From Waddliaceae bacterium (GTDB lineage Bacteria; Chlamydiota; Chlamydiia; Chlamydiales; Waddliaceae), in NCBI GenBank assembly GCA_963724325.1, contig CAVRUH010000001.1:480001-544000 (forward strand): a DNA stretch of 64,000 bases. The letters run 5' to 3'. The notes beneath the pieces were generated by a model, which saw only the letters and a program-made list of their open reading frames with translations, ran no database searches and had not been told where the DNA came from. Both the position numbers and the translations under genes were made by a program. Below, piece after piece: positions 26,967 through 36,485 of the stretch (its first letter is position 1; each line of letters begins with the position of its first letter).

Positions 26967-27860
26967 TTAATCCATAAATACTTCATTAAGAATATTCGCC
27001 AACCGATAACCTGCCAAGGCAATTTGCTTTTGGGCAATCATTCGGGAAAGGCAGACATACTCAATCGTAGGTTCATAGCCCGGATAAATATCCTTGTAAG
27101 CAAACTCAATTGCTATTTTATGACTTTCATATACCCAATCATCAAAAATAGCCCCCATTCTTACTTCAAAAATGTGTTTTGGGAAATCCGATAAAATTTT
27201 TTCAAGTGTTAACTCCATTTCTACCATTTCCTCGTAGGTCTGATCGTGATTCCACTTCAAAGATCTCACATAATTGCCAGCCAAATTATCCCAAAGCTCT
27301 CGTAATGATTTTTCCTCCCTTCCACTAATTTGAAAAAACTGTCCGCCATTATCCCCATTTATAAAATCAGGACTATATAATGACGTACAGTGTAGTGGAT
27401 GATGAATATCTCCAACACAATGCAATAAAATGCGAAGCATGAAGTTTTTTTCCCAAGGACCAGAATTAGGGTCTTTCAGTGTTTTTACAGCTTCGGTTAA
27501 GGCAAAAGAAATAGAGTTTTTTTCAAGAGAAGCCAATAGGATATTTCTCTTTTCCTCTGTTAAAACGCCAGTAGGATCATAGGGAATAAGTTTTTCGTGC
27601 CAGGCATCCAATCCTTTCATTCCACATTTAGAAATATTATTCGCCCAACATGCTGCTTCCTCAAAATCAAAAGGTGGCGGAAATTCGCCATCAATATTCT
27701 CTGCCAAATTTAGAATTTTATTCATCACGCCTGGCTTTAAATTTTTCTTTGCAATTTGTGCAATAAAAATATGCGCTGTGTCATTCCAGCAATATGAAAG
27801 ACTAGGAATTAGCAAACTAATTGCAATAAAAATCGGAGTAAAAAAGCAGTTTACGTTCAT
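26967..27860 (-). CDS. Secreted S1/P1 nuclease family protein
   Basis: Signal peptide then W...H; HCVGDIHHPLH; QIALAGYRLA..LN. Confidence 0.88.
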   Translation of the reverse strand: MNVNCFFTPIFIAISLLIPSLSYCWNDTAHIFIAQIAKKNLKPGVMNKILNLAENIDGEFPPPFDFEEAACWANNISKCGMKGLDAWHEKLIPYDPTGVLTEEKRNILLASLEKNSISFALTEAVKTLKDPNSGPWEKNFMLRILLHCVGDIHHPLHCTSLYSPDFINGDNGGQFFQISGREEKSLRELWDNLAGNYVRSLKWNHDQTYEEMVEMELTLEKILSDFPKHIFEVRMGAIFDDWVYESHKIAIEFAYKDIYPGYEPTIEYVCLSRMIAQKQIALAGYRLANILNEVFMD

Positions 27861-28003
27861 TAAAGTCCTATAGTGTGAATTTTTGACGGTCTAAGCTAGG
27901 TAAATTCATATAAAAGATGATCAAGAAACGAGCGTCTGGCTTCTTATTAGGAAATATTGCCATAAATCACTCATCCTGAGAACTATCTTACTGCATTAGA
28001 ACT

Positions 28004-28069
28004 TTATTCTTCTACAAATATTTCATTCAAAAGTATAACAAGTCGATTTCCAGCGAGTGCAATTTGCCG
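28004..28069 (-). pseudogene. C-terminal remnant of a second S1/P1 nuclease
   Basis: RQIALAGNRLVILLNEIFVEE* versus neighbour KQIALAGYRLANILNEVFMD*. Confidence 0.7.
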
Positions 28070-28186
28070 ATATAAAACGTATCGCGGTCTCTCAGATATA
28101 GGTCCAGGCCCGTTATTTGGGAGGGATTGTGAAAAATGCTGAATTATGGCAGTATTATTAACTATTGTATGGCTTGGAGACACAAT

Positions 28187-29857
28187 ATGATCCCATCTCT
28201 TACAGACCCTACACAAGTTAAACGTGCTCGGTTGGAAACGGACACGCATATTCCTGATGAGGAGTTCGAACCTCAATTTCTGAATGAGCCTTATGTCTTC
28301 GAAGGAGAATGTGAATTTCGTCCAAATAATAGCTTTGTGTTTGACCGCTCAAAAGGTTCCGTTTTCTTTACTAAAATAGTTTGTGGAATTCAAAATTCAT
28401 ACTCTTACCGCGTTGAAATAGATTTGAACAAAAGCGTTTCAATTTCAAAGGAATGTCGAACATGGATAATCGATAATTCTTCAAGGCAATTAATGCCTTG
28501 GCCAATTAAAGATAATTATTGTCGCTATATAAGCCTTCAGGAAGCTGTAAATTTTGTACTTGAGGGAAGATCACCGGTTGGTGGTATTCAATATTACAGA
28601 GGAGTCATTGAAGGTCATAAACACCCCATATATGATATGAAATCCGGTTACGGTAATACTGTTGAAGGTCAAATTCTCTTGGAAGAGCCTGTCGGGACAT
28701 GTTTTTTAATAGGTAGACAGACTCAAAGCATCTGCAGAACTCTATTAGTAAATACTGGCGCTAGTGAAGATCAAATAAAAATCATGGATATATATGGTTC
28801 TCTAGACACAAAATCGGAAACCTTAATAGATTTAAATGGACATCGCGGAGTAATTAGCTTGTTGAAATTCTTTGAATGTGCTCACCTTGAAGGTCAATTG
28901 AAAATATGCCAGTCAGTTCTGGATACTACTTTTCTGGCTAACTGTTCTCGAAACCAATCTAAAAAAATTATTAATCAATGGTCCCTGGAATTTCTGAAAG
29001 GAATCAAACATATTACATATTATGATGATCATTGTTATGCCTTAATTGATTCTATATGGGCTTACATTGATCAGCTAGTCTATTTCGCAAAGATTGGTCG
29101 TACAGATATCAAGATCCACCTCCATCAAGAATTTTTACTCCGTGTTATTTCTATTAAAGACGACAGATCCAGAGAGATAATAGAATACATCCGACAAGAA
29201 CTTAAAGGAGAGCCTCTCCATTGGGCTTTAGATAATTATTTGCAGATGGTCCTTGGCAGAACCTGGATCAAAAAAGGAAAATTACTTCCCCCTATAGCTA
29301 TTTCCCATTTTCATGATTTGTATGACAATGAAGAAAGTGGATCCGATATACGATTGAAGTTTGCAAAATCAAAAAGAGTGATACGTGCTCATAAAGTCAT
29401 CCTATCAAGCATCTCTCCTATGTTGAAACACTGTTTCAATAATAATAATTGGAAGGTACTGAAAGAAGGTGAATATACTTTCAATCGATCTGCTGACATA
29501 GTAGAGCAATTTGCAAAAGTCGCTTATTGTATTCCGCCAGATTTTTCAAACTGTAATGCTGTCAAGATTATAGAGTTTGCAAATTACACCAAGTCCGATG
29601 TTTTTATGAATGAAGCCAATATAGAATTCAATAAAACAGCCCAATCTCTAGACTGCAAATCCTTAATAAAATTGATAAAATTGAGCCTCTGGAAAGAGCT
29701 TCCTGATAAAAGTATTTTCTTTCAGACATTGGGAAATCGATGGTTGGAAATTGCGTTGCAATTACCAGAAGAAGAAAGAGACTCTTTTAGGGAGAATTTT
29801 CTTAATGAATACAAAGACTATCTATCAGAGCAAGCAGGCCAAATAATGAAGGTTTAA
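28187..29857 (+). CDS. BTB/POZ domain protein, putative effector
   Basis: SDIRLKF....IRAHKVILSSISPMLKHCF BTB signature in C-terminal third; GGAG before ATG 28187. Confidence 0.8.
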   Translation: MIPSLTDPTQVKRARLETDTHIPDEEFEPQFLNEPYVFEGECEFRPNNSFVFDRSKGSVFFTKIVCGIQNSYSYRVEIDLNKSVSISKECRTWIIDNSSRQLMPWPIKDNYCRYISLQEAVNFVLEGRSPVGGIQYYRGVIEGHKHPIYDMKSGYGNTVEGQILLEEPVGTCFLIGRQTQSICRTLLVNTGASEDQIKIMDIYGSLDTKSETLIDLNGHRGVISLLKFFECAHLEGQLKICQSVLDTTFLANCSRNQSKKIINQWSLEFLKGIKHITYYDDHCYALIDSIWAYIDQLVYFAKIGRTDIKIHLHQEFLLRVISIKDDRSREIIEYIRQELKGEPLHWALDNYLQMVLGRTWIKKGKLLPPIAISHFHDLYDNEESGSDIRLKFAKSKRVIRAHKVILSSISPMLKHCFNNNNWKVLKEGEYTFNRSADIVEQFAKVAYCIPPDFSNCNAVKIIEFANYTKSDVFMNEANIEFNKTAQSLDCKSLIKLIKLSLWKELPDKSIFFQTLGNRWLEIALQLPEEERDSFRENFLNEYKDYLSEQAGQIMKV

Positions 29858-29919
29858 CAAAAACTATATTTTACTTTATCATTTTCAAACGCGCAGAAAA
29901 GAGCAATTAGATTGAAATA

Positions 29920-30584
29920 TTAAATCTTTTCTTTGGATTCTATATTTTTATAAAGTTCGATAATCCAGTCTTCATAGGCTTTCCTGTCGTGAATATTTCC
30001 TTGAAATCGATAGGTGGGTTGATAGGACTCGTTTGATCCTCTGGGACGATTGCGAAAGACCTTCATAGGTATAGTGAAAGAGCCATTTTTTGATGGAAGT
30101 TCCATCTCTCTAATTTCCAAATAAAACGTGTCACCAAATGTGGGTAAGCCTACGTGAATGACCTTGGGCATTTGAAGGAGTTCATCTGCAAAAGAAAGAC
30201 ATGAGCTTCCACAACTGTAATTCGTGATGAAAAACACTGTTCCATTAAATGAAGGGGGAGTATTTTGATTGTAATCTTCGGTAATTTCATTTTTAAATTC
30301 AGGTCGCACTAAACCATAATGATTCGATTCTATTCCTCTATCGAGAAAGTCTACCAATATTTTAACTTCTATCGCTATATTCGAATCCTTGCCAAACTGC
30401 CCTTCGACCTTATTTAAAACGGCTTGAAAATGTTTTAAATTTTCCTTTGATGCTCGATATATTGATGATAGACAGCATCCAGATCGGTACGTGCCATTTT
30501 TGACCATAGCTCATTTGCAGAAGTTGATTGCACCCAGAAAAATGAAAAAAACAGAAATAATGCATTCGTAAATCTATTTAACAT
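29920..30584 (-). pseudogene. S41-like peptidase with internal deletion
   Basis: Signal peptide and N-terminus (MLNRF...WSKMARTDLDAVY) joined out of frame to C-terminus with CGSSCLSFAD, IHVG.PT.GDT.Y, PMKVFRNRPR. Confidence 0.7.
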
Positions 30585-30755
30585 TAGTTATTACCATTCA
30601 TACCTCAGCTGTCGTGAAAATTGGCATTTCAACAAAAAATTATACTTTACCTTATCTATTATGTAACGCAGGAACCCAAAGATGTCAAGTGGATGCACTA
30701 AAATGACAAATGTATCTATTCTAACAATTGAATTAGCATTAATCATTTATTTTTA

Positions 30756-32315
30756 TCATAGTCCCCAGATATTTACATCTAAAGAATCAATTTTTTCTAT
30801 CTTGTGATATATTTTCTCTTCCCATGATTTTTTTGATTTATCAAAACAGATAAGATGTCCTTCGGTAGCGCCTTTCATATCCATGTATTTCGTTGTTTGT
30901 ACAAGACCTTCTTGAATTGATTTTGGAGAACGATAAATTTTTAGCTCTAAGACTATCTTTTGATTTTTGAACTCAACAAAAATGTCTACTCTTCCCATTC
31001 CTAACGCATATTCCCGATGTATACGCCCACCACCATTCACAATCCTTTGTAAATAGGCCATTAGCAGCAAATGTGGTCCAGACTCCTTGTATAGCATTTC
31101 TTCGGCAGTTATTTGAGAATTTTCACGATAAAATTGAGTAAATTCCGAAAGTAACTTCATCATATTGATCGTACCGTCAGAATTAAAGTATGAAGCTCTT
31201 TCTTGAGTAAAGCTCCGTTGTCTTGAGCTGGTTAGTTCACGTGGGATCACCTCTCGGTAGATTGGATTTGCAATTTGTAATACCCCATTCTGTTCGGTAA
31301 TTAATCCCAAATCTGTAGCATATTTAACATCTTCTGTAGGAAAAGGCATTGGACTACGTTTAGCAGCGAGAATCGCATCAATAATATTGGCAACACGCTC
31401 TTCTTTTAAACGATCTAATAGGACATCCAAATGAGTGTCGCGACGTAAAATCAAGGCATCGCGCGCGCGTTCCATTGCTTCTTTTGTAATAGGTTTTTCC
31501 CTATCGCATACCTCTTTCGATGTTACTTCTTCTGCAAGTGCATTTACTAGCCAGGGTTGGCCTTTAGTTTGTTCATATGCATAATCAATTGCATCATCTG
31601 TGAATATTTGATTTGTTTCGCTAGTGTGTTGAAGATACAGTGTTCTGACTTCCTCAGGTGAGAAGCTAGAAAGTATTATGCTCTCAGCCTTAATATTAAA
31701 GGCACTCCCTCCAATGACCATTGATTGTTGTTCTTCAGAGAAAATTCTATAATCTTTTACATCTCTCACACCAATAAGGCATACTGAAAGCGGGAACGCC
31801 TTGGGTTTTGTAGCATATCCCGCTCGAAGCTGTCTAAGAATAGAAATCAGCGTATCCCCTATTAAGGAATCAATTTCGTCTATAAATAGGACAATAGGCT
31901 TTTGAGTGCTTTGAGACCAATTGCGTAAAAACTCATAAAAAGCTGAGTATGGTTCATTATATGCGTGTTCAAAAAGAGATAAAGAAGGGTCTTCCGGACC
32001 GTATTGGTAGAGAATCTCAATTTTAAAAAGATTAAGAATGTTCTTCATCCCATCCTTTACATTTCCTCTAGCTGCTTGAGCAGGCTCAATGTTAACATAA
32101 AGAGGAATGTATTCATTTTCTTTATGCAAAATTTTTATAAATTCAAAAATTGCTGTGGTTTTTCCCGTTTGGCGAGGGGCATGCAGAACAAAATATTGTC
32201 CGCGGGCGATAAGTGCGTGTAATTTTCTTGAATCTAATCTAAATGGCAAATGATAATGTTCACCGGGAATAATGGGGCCGGTTGTGTTAAAAAATCTCTT
32301 TTTATTTTCGCTCAT
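30756..32315 (-). CDS. AAA ATPase with C-terminal PD-(D/E)xK-like domain
   Basis: FFNTTGP, APRQTGKTT, FIDEID, REYALG.GRVD...ELK. Confidence 0.92.
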   Translation of the reverse strand: MSENKKRFFNTTGPIIPGEHYHLPFRLDSRKLHALIARGQYFVLHAPRQTGKTTAIFEFIKILHKENEYIPLYVNIEPAQAARGNVKDGMKNILNLFKIEILYQYGPEDPSLSLFEHAYNEPYSAFYEFLRNWSQSTQKPIVLFIDEIDSLIGDTLISILRQLRAGYATKPKAFPLSVCLIGVRDVKDYRIFSEEQQSMVIGGSAFNIKAESIILSSFSPEEVRTLYLQHTSETNQIFTDDAIDYAYEQTKGQPWLVNALAEEVTSKEVCDREKPITKEAMERARDALILRRDTHLDVLLDRLKEERVANIIDAILAAKRSPMPFPTEDVKYATDLGLITEQNGVLQIANPIYREVIPRELTSSRQRSFTQERASYFNSDGTINMMKLLSEFTQFYRENSQITAEEMLYKESGPHLLLMAYLQRIVNGGGRIHREYALGMGRVDIFVEFKNQKIVLELKIYRSPKSIQEGLVQTTKYMDMKGATEGHLICFDKSKKSWEEKIYHKIEKIDSLDVNIWGL

Positions 32316-32529
32316 AATACCCGAATTATGGCAAATTTTTGAATAAAAGTCGATTGAATTATCCCATTCTGCAAAGAGGACCAGTTAATCAGAAAATTTT
32401 TGACAGTATAGCTTGGTCTTTTCTACGGAATCTATGAGATTGGGTGCAAATATCAGCACGTTCTTAAAGATGCGAGTGCATTCATCAGGTTTAAACATGT
32501 GGAGAATCGTATTGCATAATAGGCGAAGT

Positions 32530-33147
32530 TCAATGAATTTTTTTGCAGATGGGGCATTTGGCTGGGTCGTGGCAGCGGGCGGGGCAGTGTTCGCGGGCGA
32601 AGTAGATGATTTGAAGGTGAAGTTTATTCCAGGAAGCTCTTGGGAAGATTCGTTTTAAATCATTCTCAGTTTCTTCGACATTTTTAGCATTGCTGAGACC
32701 CCATCTTTTGGCACATCTGTGAATATGTGTGTCAACGGGGAAGGCGGGAATATTAAATGCCTGTGTCATCACAACCGAAGCAGTTTTGTGGCCGACTCCG
32801 GGGAGCTCTTCTAACCATTTAAAACTCTTGGGAACCTTCCCTTTGTGCTTTTCCAAAATGATTTTGGACAAATTCCATATCGCTTGAGATTTGCGTTTGG
32901 AAAGTCCGCAGGGTTTAATGATTTCCTGTATCTCATCAACACTTAACTCTATCATTTTTTGCGGTGTATTTGCCCTTCTAAATAGCTCTGGAGTCACTTG
33001 GTTGACTCGCACATCGGTGCATTGAGCCGACAATAATACAGCAATTAGCAATGTGTAGGGGTCGTCATGAACTAATGGAATGCCAGGATTTGGATAGAAC
33101 TCCTCGAGCTTCTCTTGTATAAACTTTGCTCTTTCCTTTTTGTTCAT
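32530..33147 (-). CDS. nth: Endonuclease III
   Basis: LLSAQCTD, HhH LPGVGHKTA, PVDTH, C-terminal Cys cluster. Confidence 0.96.
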   Translation of the reverse strand: MNKKERAKFIQEKLEEFYPNPGIPLVHDDPYTLLIAVLLSAQCTDVRVNQVTPELFRRANTPQKMIELSVDEIQEIIKPCGLSKRKSQAIWNLSKIILEKHKGKVPKSFKWLEELPGVGHKTASVVMTQAFNIPAFPVDTHIHRCAKRWGLSNAKNVEETENDLKRIFPRASWNKLHLQIIYFAREHCPARCHDPAKCPICKKIH

Positions 33148-33148
33148 G

Positions 33149-34525
33149 CTATTTTCCAATGCAAAATTTTGAGAAAATTGCTGTGAGGATATCCTCGCCA
33201 ATATTCATGCCAATCACCTGTCCCAAAGAAACCAAACTTTGTCTAAGATCAAAACTTATAAATTCAGGTGAAACTCCTGTTTTTAAACCATCAATGACTT
33301 TTTCACACGATTCTATAGTTTGATTTAATGCTTCCTTATGCCGAATATTAGTGATAACGACCTCTTCTTTTGAAGGGGGGCCATTTGTCCAAATAATTGA
33401 ATCAATAGCTTCGTGAAGTTGCTCAAGGCCTGTTTTTATTTTTGCAGATATAGGGACAACATGCTTAATCGACAACTTAGGAAGTGGATGGTGATTGAGA
33501 TCGGTCTTATTCCAAACGACGATTGTTTTTCCTTGCGGAACCTTTTGGATGAGTTCTTTATCAGCTTGGTCCATTCCTTTGTGTGCATCTAACACAAGAA
33601 GGACTAAATCGGCCTTATTCATCGCCTCATGCGATCTGCGGATCCCTTCTTGTTCAATGATTTCGGCTCCATCACGTATACCTGCGGTATCCATGAGACG
33701 GAAATTCAGTCCATTTAAACGTAGATTGTCCTCTAATACATCTCTAGTTGTCCCTGCAATGGGTGTTACGATGGCCCTTTCTTTATTCAGCAGGGCGTTC
33801 ATCAAAGATGATTTCCCCACATTCGGGCAGCCGATGAGGCATAAAGATATTCCATCGTGCAAAATTTTCCCATTGTGGAAGGTTCGAACTAGGTATTTCA
33901 TTTCGTCAATAATGCTTTGAAGTTCGGAACAGATTTCCTCCATGCTGGCAAATTCGAGGCCTTCGTCAGGAAAGTCAACCCATGCCTCCAAAATGGCGGC
34001 AATATTTGTGAGTTTTCCTTGAAAATCTGCCACCTTTAAGGATAAATTTCCTTGAAGTTGGTTTTCGGCTGCATCGAGCGCTCTTTCGTTTTTGGCTGCG
34101 ATGAGTTCTTGGACGGCTTCTGCTTGGGCTAGATCGATCTTTCTATTCATGAAGGCTTTAAAGGTGAATTCTCCAGGTCTAGCAGCACGGGCTCCAGCTT
34201 TCAATACCACTTCGAGGACTCTTCTTGTGATGAGACTGCCTCCGTGACAGTGAATTTCGACGGTGTCTTCTCCTGTGTAGGATTTTCTACCTAGCATCAC
34301 GAGGATGAGAACGTCATCTACTCGATTATTTTCTTTGTCTAAAATTTTACCATAGTGAGCCGTGTGGCTTTTATAGGAGTGAATAGGTCCTGAAAAAACA
34401 CGGGCAGCTACGTTGAGCGCTTCTTTACCAGAAATGCGAATAATTGCGACGCCGCCTTCGCCTGTTGGGGTAGCGATAGCAGCAATGGTTTCATCGGGTT
34501 GGTAGGGTTGGTGCACATATTCCAT
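33149..34525 (-). CDS. mnmE: tRNA modification GTPase
   Basis: TIAAIAT, EIHCHGG, GCPNVGKSS, GTTRD, DTAG, NKTD, FCIGK. Confidence 0.97.
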   Translation of the reverse strand: MEYVHQPYQPDETIAAIATPTGEGGVAIIRISGKEALNVAARVFSGPIHSYKSHTAHYGKILDKENNRVDDVLILVMLGRKSYTGEDTVEIHCHGGSLITRRVLEVVLKAGARAARPGEFTFKAFMNRKIDLAQAEAVQELIAAKNERALDAAENQLQGNLSLKVADFQGKLTNIAAILEAWVDFPDEGLEFASMEEICSELQSIIDEMKYLVRTFHNGKILHDGISLCLIGCPNVGKSSLMNALLNKERAIVTPIAGTTRDVLEDNLRLNGLNFRLMDTAGIRDGAEIIEQEGIRRSHEAMNKADLVLLVLDAHKGMDQADKELIQKVPQGKTIVVWNKTDLNHHPLPKLSIKHVVPISAKIKTGLEQLHEAIDSIIWTNGPPSKEEVVITNIRHKEALNQTIESCEKVIDGLKTGVSPEFISFDLRQSLVSLGQVIGMNIGEDILTAIFSKFCIGK

Positions 34526-34605
34526 AAGTCACTCATTCTACCATATTTACACAGTGATGGTCAAATTCTTCTTAATTCTATTTTTTTTTATCCTTCACAT
34601 CCTGC

Positions 34606-34677
34606 CGCTTGCGATCTTGCATATCCTGTTAACGACCTTAATGTGCGAATTTTACAGGATTTGCAGGATCGCAGGCG
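34606..34677. repeat. 24-bp imperfect inverted repeat built of ATCCTG-like units (REP-like)
   Basis: cgcttgcgatcttgcatatcctgt (34606-34629) versus acaggatttgcaggatcgcaggcg (34654-34677), 3 mismatches. Confidence 0.7.
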
Positions 34678-34701
34678 ATATCGGCCCGGTGGAATCCATG
34701 A

Positions 34702-35541
34702 TTAAGCTAGTGGAATCATAAGACAGATTCCACCGATCATGGCTAGGGATGCGAAAAACATCTGACGTCCCCATCTTTTATCATCTTTGGAGCTGAATCC
34801 TTTTAAGGCCAAACTCAGCCACAAGATTCCCACGAAAAGAGTGACGTATAAAAATGATTCGCCCGTGTATCCATAGATTGTCAGGAGCATCGTCGTTGGG
34901 ATGAAGCATAAAATGTATGTGATCATGTGAATTTTTGTTCGGAATATTCCCTTGCAAAGAGGGAGTACAGGGATGCCGGCTTTTGCGTAATCTTCGAGGT
35001 GGAATAGTGCAATGGAGAAAAAGTGGGGCATTTGCCAGAGGACCATCATAGAAAAGAGGATGGCGGCTCCGATATCAAATTGATTACTTGCTGCGCAGTA
35101 ACCAACAACAGGAGGAATTGCCCCCGCAACGCTGCCTATTGCTGTTCCGTAAACGGTCGAGCACTTCCAATAGCTATATAGGACTACGTATACAAAAAAA
35201 CCGATGCAGGCAAGTGCAAAAGTGAGAAAATTCGTGAATACCAACAAGATTAACCCTCCGATAACTCCCATTAGAGTGGCGAAAAGTAAAGCATTTCGTG
35301 TTGAAATCAGCCCTTGTACCAGTGCACGTTTTTTTGTGCGATTCATTTTTTTGTCGATATCGCGATCGATATAGTTATTAAAGACACATCCAGAGGCCAT
35401 AATAAATCCAAGGCCAAGGAATGTTGTTAAAAAAAGCCAAATATCGAATGTTCCGTTCGAACCGAGTACGAATCCAGCGGCTAGGGTGAATAAGTTCCCG
35501 AGAATAATTCCGGGTTTTGTGATTAAATAATAGTTAATCAT
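34702..35541 (-). CDS. cyoE: Heme O synthase (protoheme IX farnesyltransferase)
   Basis: TKPGII.GN, NNYIDRDID..M.RT..R, WQMPHF. Confidence 0.95.
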   Translation of the reverse strand: MINYYLITKPGIILGNLFTLAAGFVLGSNGTFDIWLFLTTFLGLGFIMASGCVFNNYIDRDIDKKMNRTKKRALVQGLISTRNALLFATLMGVIGGLILLVFTNFLTFALACIGFFVYVVLYSYWKCSTVYGTAIGSVAGAIPPVVGYCAASNQFDIGAAILFSMMVLWQMPHFFSIALFHLEDYAKAGIPVLPLCKGIFRTKIHMITYILCFIPTTMLLTIYGYTGESFLYVTLFVGILWLSLALKGFSSKDDKRWGRQMFFASLAMIGGICLMIPLA

Positions 35542-35542
35542 G

Positions 35543-35854
35543 TTACATTCCTTGCATCATCATGCGTCTGTTGAGATCAAACATAATCCATAGGGATCCT
35601 AAAACAATAATAAGAAGTATTAGGAAGATAAAGTAGAAGACGATTGTTTCCCAACGTGGTTTTGCTTCACTTCCCAAGTGCAAAAACAGAAATAATTGAC
35701 AAACAGCTTGCGTCAGGGCAAAGCCTGCAATCATCACTTTATCCCTGAGTGAAAATGAAATAATCGTCAATATAAGGGATACAGTAAATCCTATGAGGTA
35801 AGACTTTAGAGTGCCGTGCCACTCTTTTTTAATCTGTTTTAAGCTGAGATCCAT
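35543..35854 (-). CDS. cyoD: Cytochrome bo3 ubiquinol oxidase subunit IV
   Basis: HGTLKSYLIGF, FLHL, GSLWIM. Confidence 0.92.
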   Translation of the reverse strand: MDLSLKQIKKEWHGTLKSYLIGFTVSLILTIISFSLRDKVMIAGFALTQAVCQLFLFLHLGSEAKPRWETIVFYFIFLILLIIVLGSLWIMFDLNRRMMMQGM

Positions 35855-35855
35855 C

Positions 35856-36485
35856 TTAGATAACCCCCATGAGGTAAACAAATGAAAAAATAAAAATCCA
35901 AATGAGATCGAGAAAATGCCAAAAGAGACTGAAAAGAACTAATCTACGGAATGTATGGATTGTTATCCCTTTCCAAGCTAATTGCCCCATCATCACTAAC
36001 ATCCAAAGCAGCCCAAATGAAACATGAAGCCCATGAGTTCCTACAAGAGAAAAGAATGAGGTCAGAAATCCGCTGACTTTCCAACTATGTCCCTCTTGCA
36101 CTAAATGGGTAAATTCGGTGAGTTCAATTGCTATGAAGGAGGCGCCCAATAAGAAAGTGACTGCAAACCACAATATGGCCCAATTTTTTTTGTCCTTTAC
36201 TGTAGAAAGCATTCCGAAGCCACAGGTAACACTGCTTGAAAGAAGGATCATGGTCTCAGCAAAAGTCATTGGAAGGCTAAAAATTTCTTGAGATGTTGGT
36301 CCCCCAAAGGTATTATTTTTAAGTACTGCATAGGTTGCAAAGAGTGAGGCAAATATTAGGCAATCGGTCATTAGGTAGATCCAAAATCCTAAAACAGTCC
36401 TGGAAAAGGTGTCTTGGTGTGGGTCGGGAACTCCCTTGAATGGATGCGCCTCCGGTGTGTGGTGTACTGTGAATGAATTAATCAT
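35856..36485 (-). CDS. cyoC: Cytochrome bo3 ubiquinol oxidase subunit III
   Basis: GFWIYLMTDC, GTHGLHV, FWHFLD. Confidence 0.95.
   Translation of the reverse strand: MINSFTVHHTPEAHPFKGVPDPHQDTFSRTVLGFWIYLMTDCLIFASLFATYAVLKNNTFGGPTSQEIFSLPMTFAETMILLSSSVTCGFGMLSTVKDKKNWAILWFAVTFLLGASFIAIELTEFTHLVQEGHSWKVSGFLTSFFSLVGTHGLHVSFGLLWMLVMMGQLAWKGITIHTFRRLVLFSLFWHFLDLIWIFIFSFVYLMGVI

Noticed and set aside
28070..28276. Upstream part of the 90-aa minus-strand ORF
   Set aside because: Overlaps the BTB gene start; only its last 21 codons resemble a protein
32316..32529. Possible small gene or RNA between nth and the ATPase
   Set aside because: Only short motif-less frames; no convincing structure
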